The translations under genes were made by a program, and so were the position numbers. DNA of 64,000 nucleotides from an uncultured Alphaproteobacteria bacterium (lineage in GTDB: Bacteria > Pseudomonadota > Alphaproteobacteria > Rhodobacterales > Rhodobacteraceae): contig CAVTSR010000014.1 of the NCBI GenBank assembly GCA_963737485.1, forward strand, positions 65,382-129,381, written 5' to 3'. The notes below the pieces were generated by a model. It saw nothing but the letters and a program-made list of their open reading frames with translations. It was not told where the DNA came from and searched no databases. This document shows, in pieces, positions 62,644 through 64,000 of this stretch (position 1 is its first letter; each line of letters opens with the position of its first letter).

Positions 62644-63422
62644 TGTTCGCGGGCCTCGGCGCGCTGCTCGACATGACGCAAGGGGCGATGCTCGGCTTCA
62701 TCCTGGTCTTCGCCCGGGTCAGCGGGGTGATGATGCTGCTGCCCGGCTTCGGCGAGCGCACGATCCCGGCGCGGGTGCGGCTCGGCGCCACCGTCGCCTT
62801 TTCGCTCGTGGTCTGGCCGCTGCTGGCACCGGAGCTGCGCGCCGTCGACGCCGCGCGGCCGTTCCTGATGATGCTGGCGATCGAGGTCTCGATCGGGCTC
62901 GTCCTCGGGCTCGCGATCCGGCTGATGGTGCTGGCGCTGCAGCTCGCGGGGTCGATCGCGGCGCAGTCGACCTCGCTGGCGCAGATCGCCGGGGCCGGCG
63001 TCGCCCCCGAACCGATGCCGGCGATCGGCAACGTGCTGATGCTCGCCGGGATCACGCTCGCGGTCGCCGCGGGCCTGCACGTCAAGGTGGCGGTCGCCAT
63101 CGCCCGTTCCTACGAGATCCTGCCGATGGGGCTGTCGGTGCCCGCCGCCGACGTCGCCGCGTGGGGCACCGCGCGGGTGGCGCAGGCGTTTGCCCTCGGC
63201 TTCTCGCTGGCGGCGCCGTTCGTGATCGCGGCCTTCGCCTACAACCTCGCGCTCGGCGCGATCAACCGGGCGATGCCGGCGCTGATGGTGGCCTTCATCG
63301 GCGCGCCGGCCATCACCGCCGGGGCGCTGCTGCTGCTGCTGCTGGCGACCCCGGTGATCCTGCATTTCTGGAGCCAGCGGCTCGACCTCGTGCTCGCCGA
63401 CCCGCTGGCGCTGCCGCGATGA
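62643..63422 (+). CDS. fliR: Flagellar biosynthesis protein FliR
   Basis: FARVSG...PGFGERTIPARVR, LALGAINRAMPALMVAFIGAP. Confidence 0.93.
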   Translation: MFAGLGALLDMTQGAMLGFILVFARVSGVMMLLPGFGERTIPARVRLGATVAFSLVVWPLLAPELRAVDAARPFLMMLAIEVSIGLVLGLAIRLMVLALQLAGSIAAQSTSLAQIAGAGVAPEPMPAIGNVLMLAGITLAVAAGLHVKVAVAIARSYEILPMGLSVPAADVAAWGTARVAQAFALGFSLAAPFVIAAFAYNLALGAINRAMPALMVAFIGAPAITAGALLLLLLATPVILHFWSQRLDLVLADPLALPR

Positions 63423-64000
63423 GCGAGGGCGAGAGCGGCGAGAAGGTCTTCGACCCGACGCCGCAGCGCGTCGCCGAGGCGCGGCGCAAGGGCGACATCC
63501 CGCGCTCGAGCGACGTCACCGCCGCCGCGACCTATCTCGCGCTTCTCGCGGTGGTCGCGACCGGCGGCGGCTACGCGCTGATGCAGGCGGGGTCGGTGCT
63601 GACCCTGTTTCTCGGCCAGCCGGACCGGCTCGAGGGGCTGATCCTCGGCCCCGGCGGGGCCGGGCTCTCGGGCCGCATCCTCGCCCAGGCGCTCGAGGCG
63701 CTGGCGCCGATCCTGCTCATGCCGATCGCGGCGGTGCTGGTCAGCCTCTTCGCGCAGCAGGCGGTCACCTTCTCGGCCGACAAGCTGCAGCCGAAGCTGT
63801 CGCGGCTGTCGCCGCTCGCGAACTTCAAGCGCAAGTTCGGGCCGGCGGGGCTGGTGGAGTTCGGCAAGGCCACCGTCAAGCTCGCCGCCATCGCGCTGGC
63901 GCTCTTCTTCTATCTCGCCCACGACCTCGACCGGATGATCGGTGCGGCCACCGCCGAGGCGCGGGTGCTCGGGGCGATGCTGATGCAGTCGCTCGAGGTG
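63419..64000 (+). CDS. flhB: Flagellar biosynthesis protein FlhB, N-terminal part (runs off the window edge)
   Basis: Manual translation: MSEGESGEKVFDPTPQRVAEARRKGDIPRS...KLQPKLSRLSPLANFKRKFG..GLVEFGK. Confidence 0.93.
   Translation, partial: MSEGESGEKVFDPTPQRVAEARRKGDIPRSSDVTAAATYLALLAVVATGGGYALMQAGSVLTLFLGQPDRLEGLILGPGGAGLSGRILAQALEALAPILLMPIAAVLVSLFAQQAVTFSADKLQPKLSRLSPLANFKRKFGPAGLVEFGKATVKLAAIALALFFYLAHDLDRMIGAATAEARVLGAMLMQSLEV

Noticed and set aside
60568-64000. Non-flagellar type III secretion system
   Set aside because: The sequence motifs and the slt-flhA-fliR-flhB order fit the alphaproteobacterial flagellar cluster.

Overview
This is a 64 kb chromosomal segment of a very GC-rich alphaproteobacterium. 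The gene order (proS-lolC/E-lolD, smc-arsR-atpIBEF'F, puuD-lysR-uraH-puuE-allE, slt-flhA-fliR-flhB) is Rhodobacterales-like; this is inferred from synteny, not from a search. Most of the window is housekeeping or catabolic: an AidB-like dehydrogenase, a ligase-associated exonuclease plus ATP-dependent ligase, an MFS pump, a CoA-transferase, ProRS, Lol, a sugar ABC transporter with two GH38 mannosidases, SMC, the F0 ATP synthase genes, purine catabolism, a GH2, RNase T2, ClpS, YqgE, TspO and the flagellar export genes. Many genes, including essential proS and lolC/E, carry single-base frameshifts, so the consensus is indel-prone. Three accessory regions stand out. (1) An AT-richer gene at about 45.9-47.7 kb, inserted in the purine cluster, encodes a two-TM pseudokinase fused to a Vitreoscilla-Hb-like globin; this is the top candidate for an undescribed system. 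(2) A WD40-caspase gene lies directly behind the DNA-repair ligase. (3) An AT-richer insert between proS and lolC/E holds a decayed DUF2188-like gene and an orphan gene. There is also a transporter-less TAXI/coiled-coil envelope operon whose two exported proteins both end in LGGC, two tandem duplications and several short repeats. No rRNA, tRNA, CRISPR array, integrase or transposase was recognised. All calls come from manual reading; no database searches were run.
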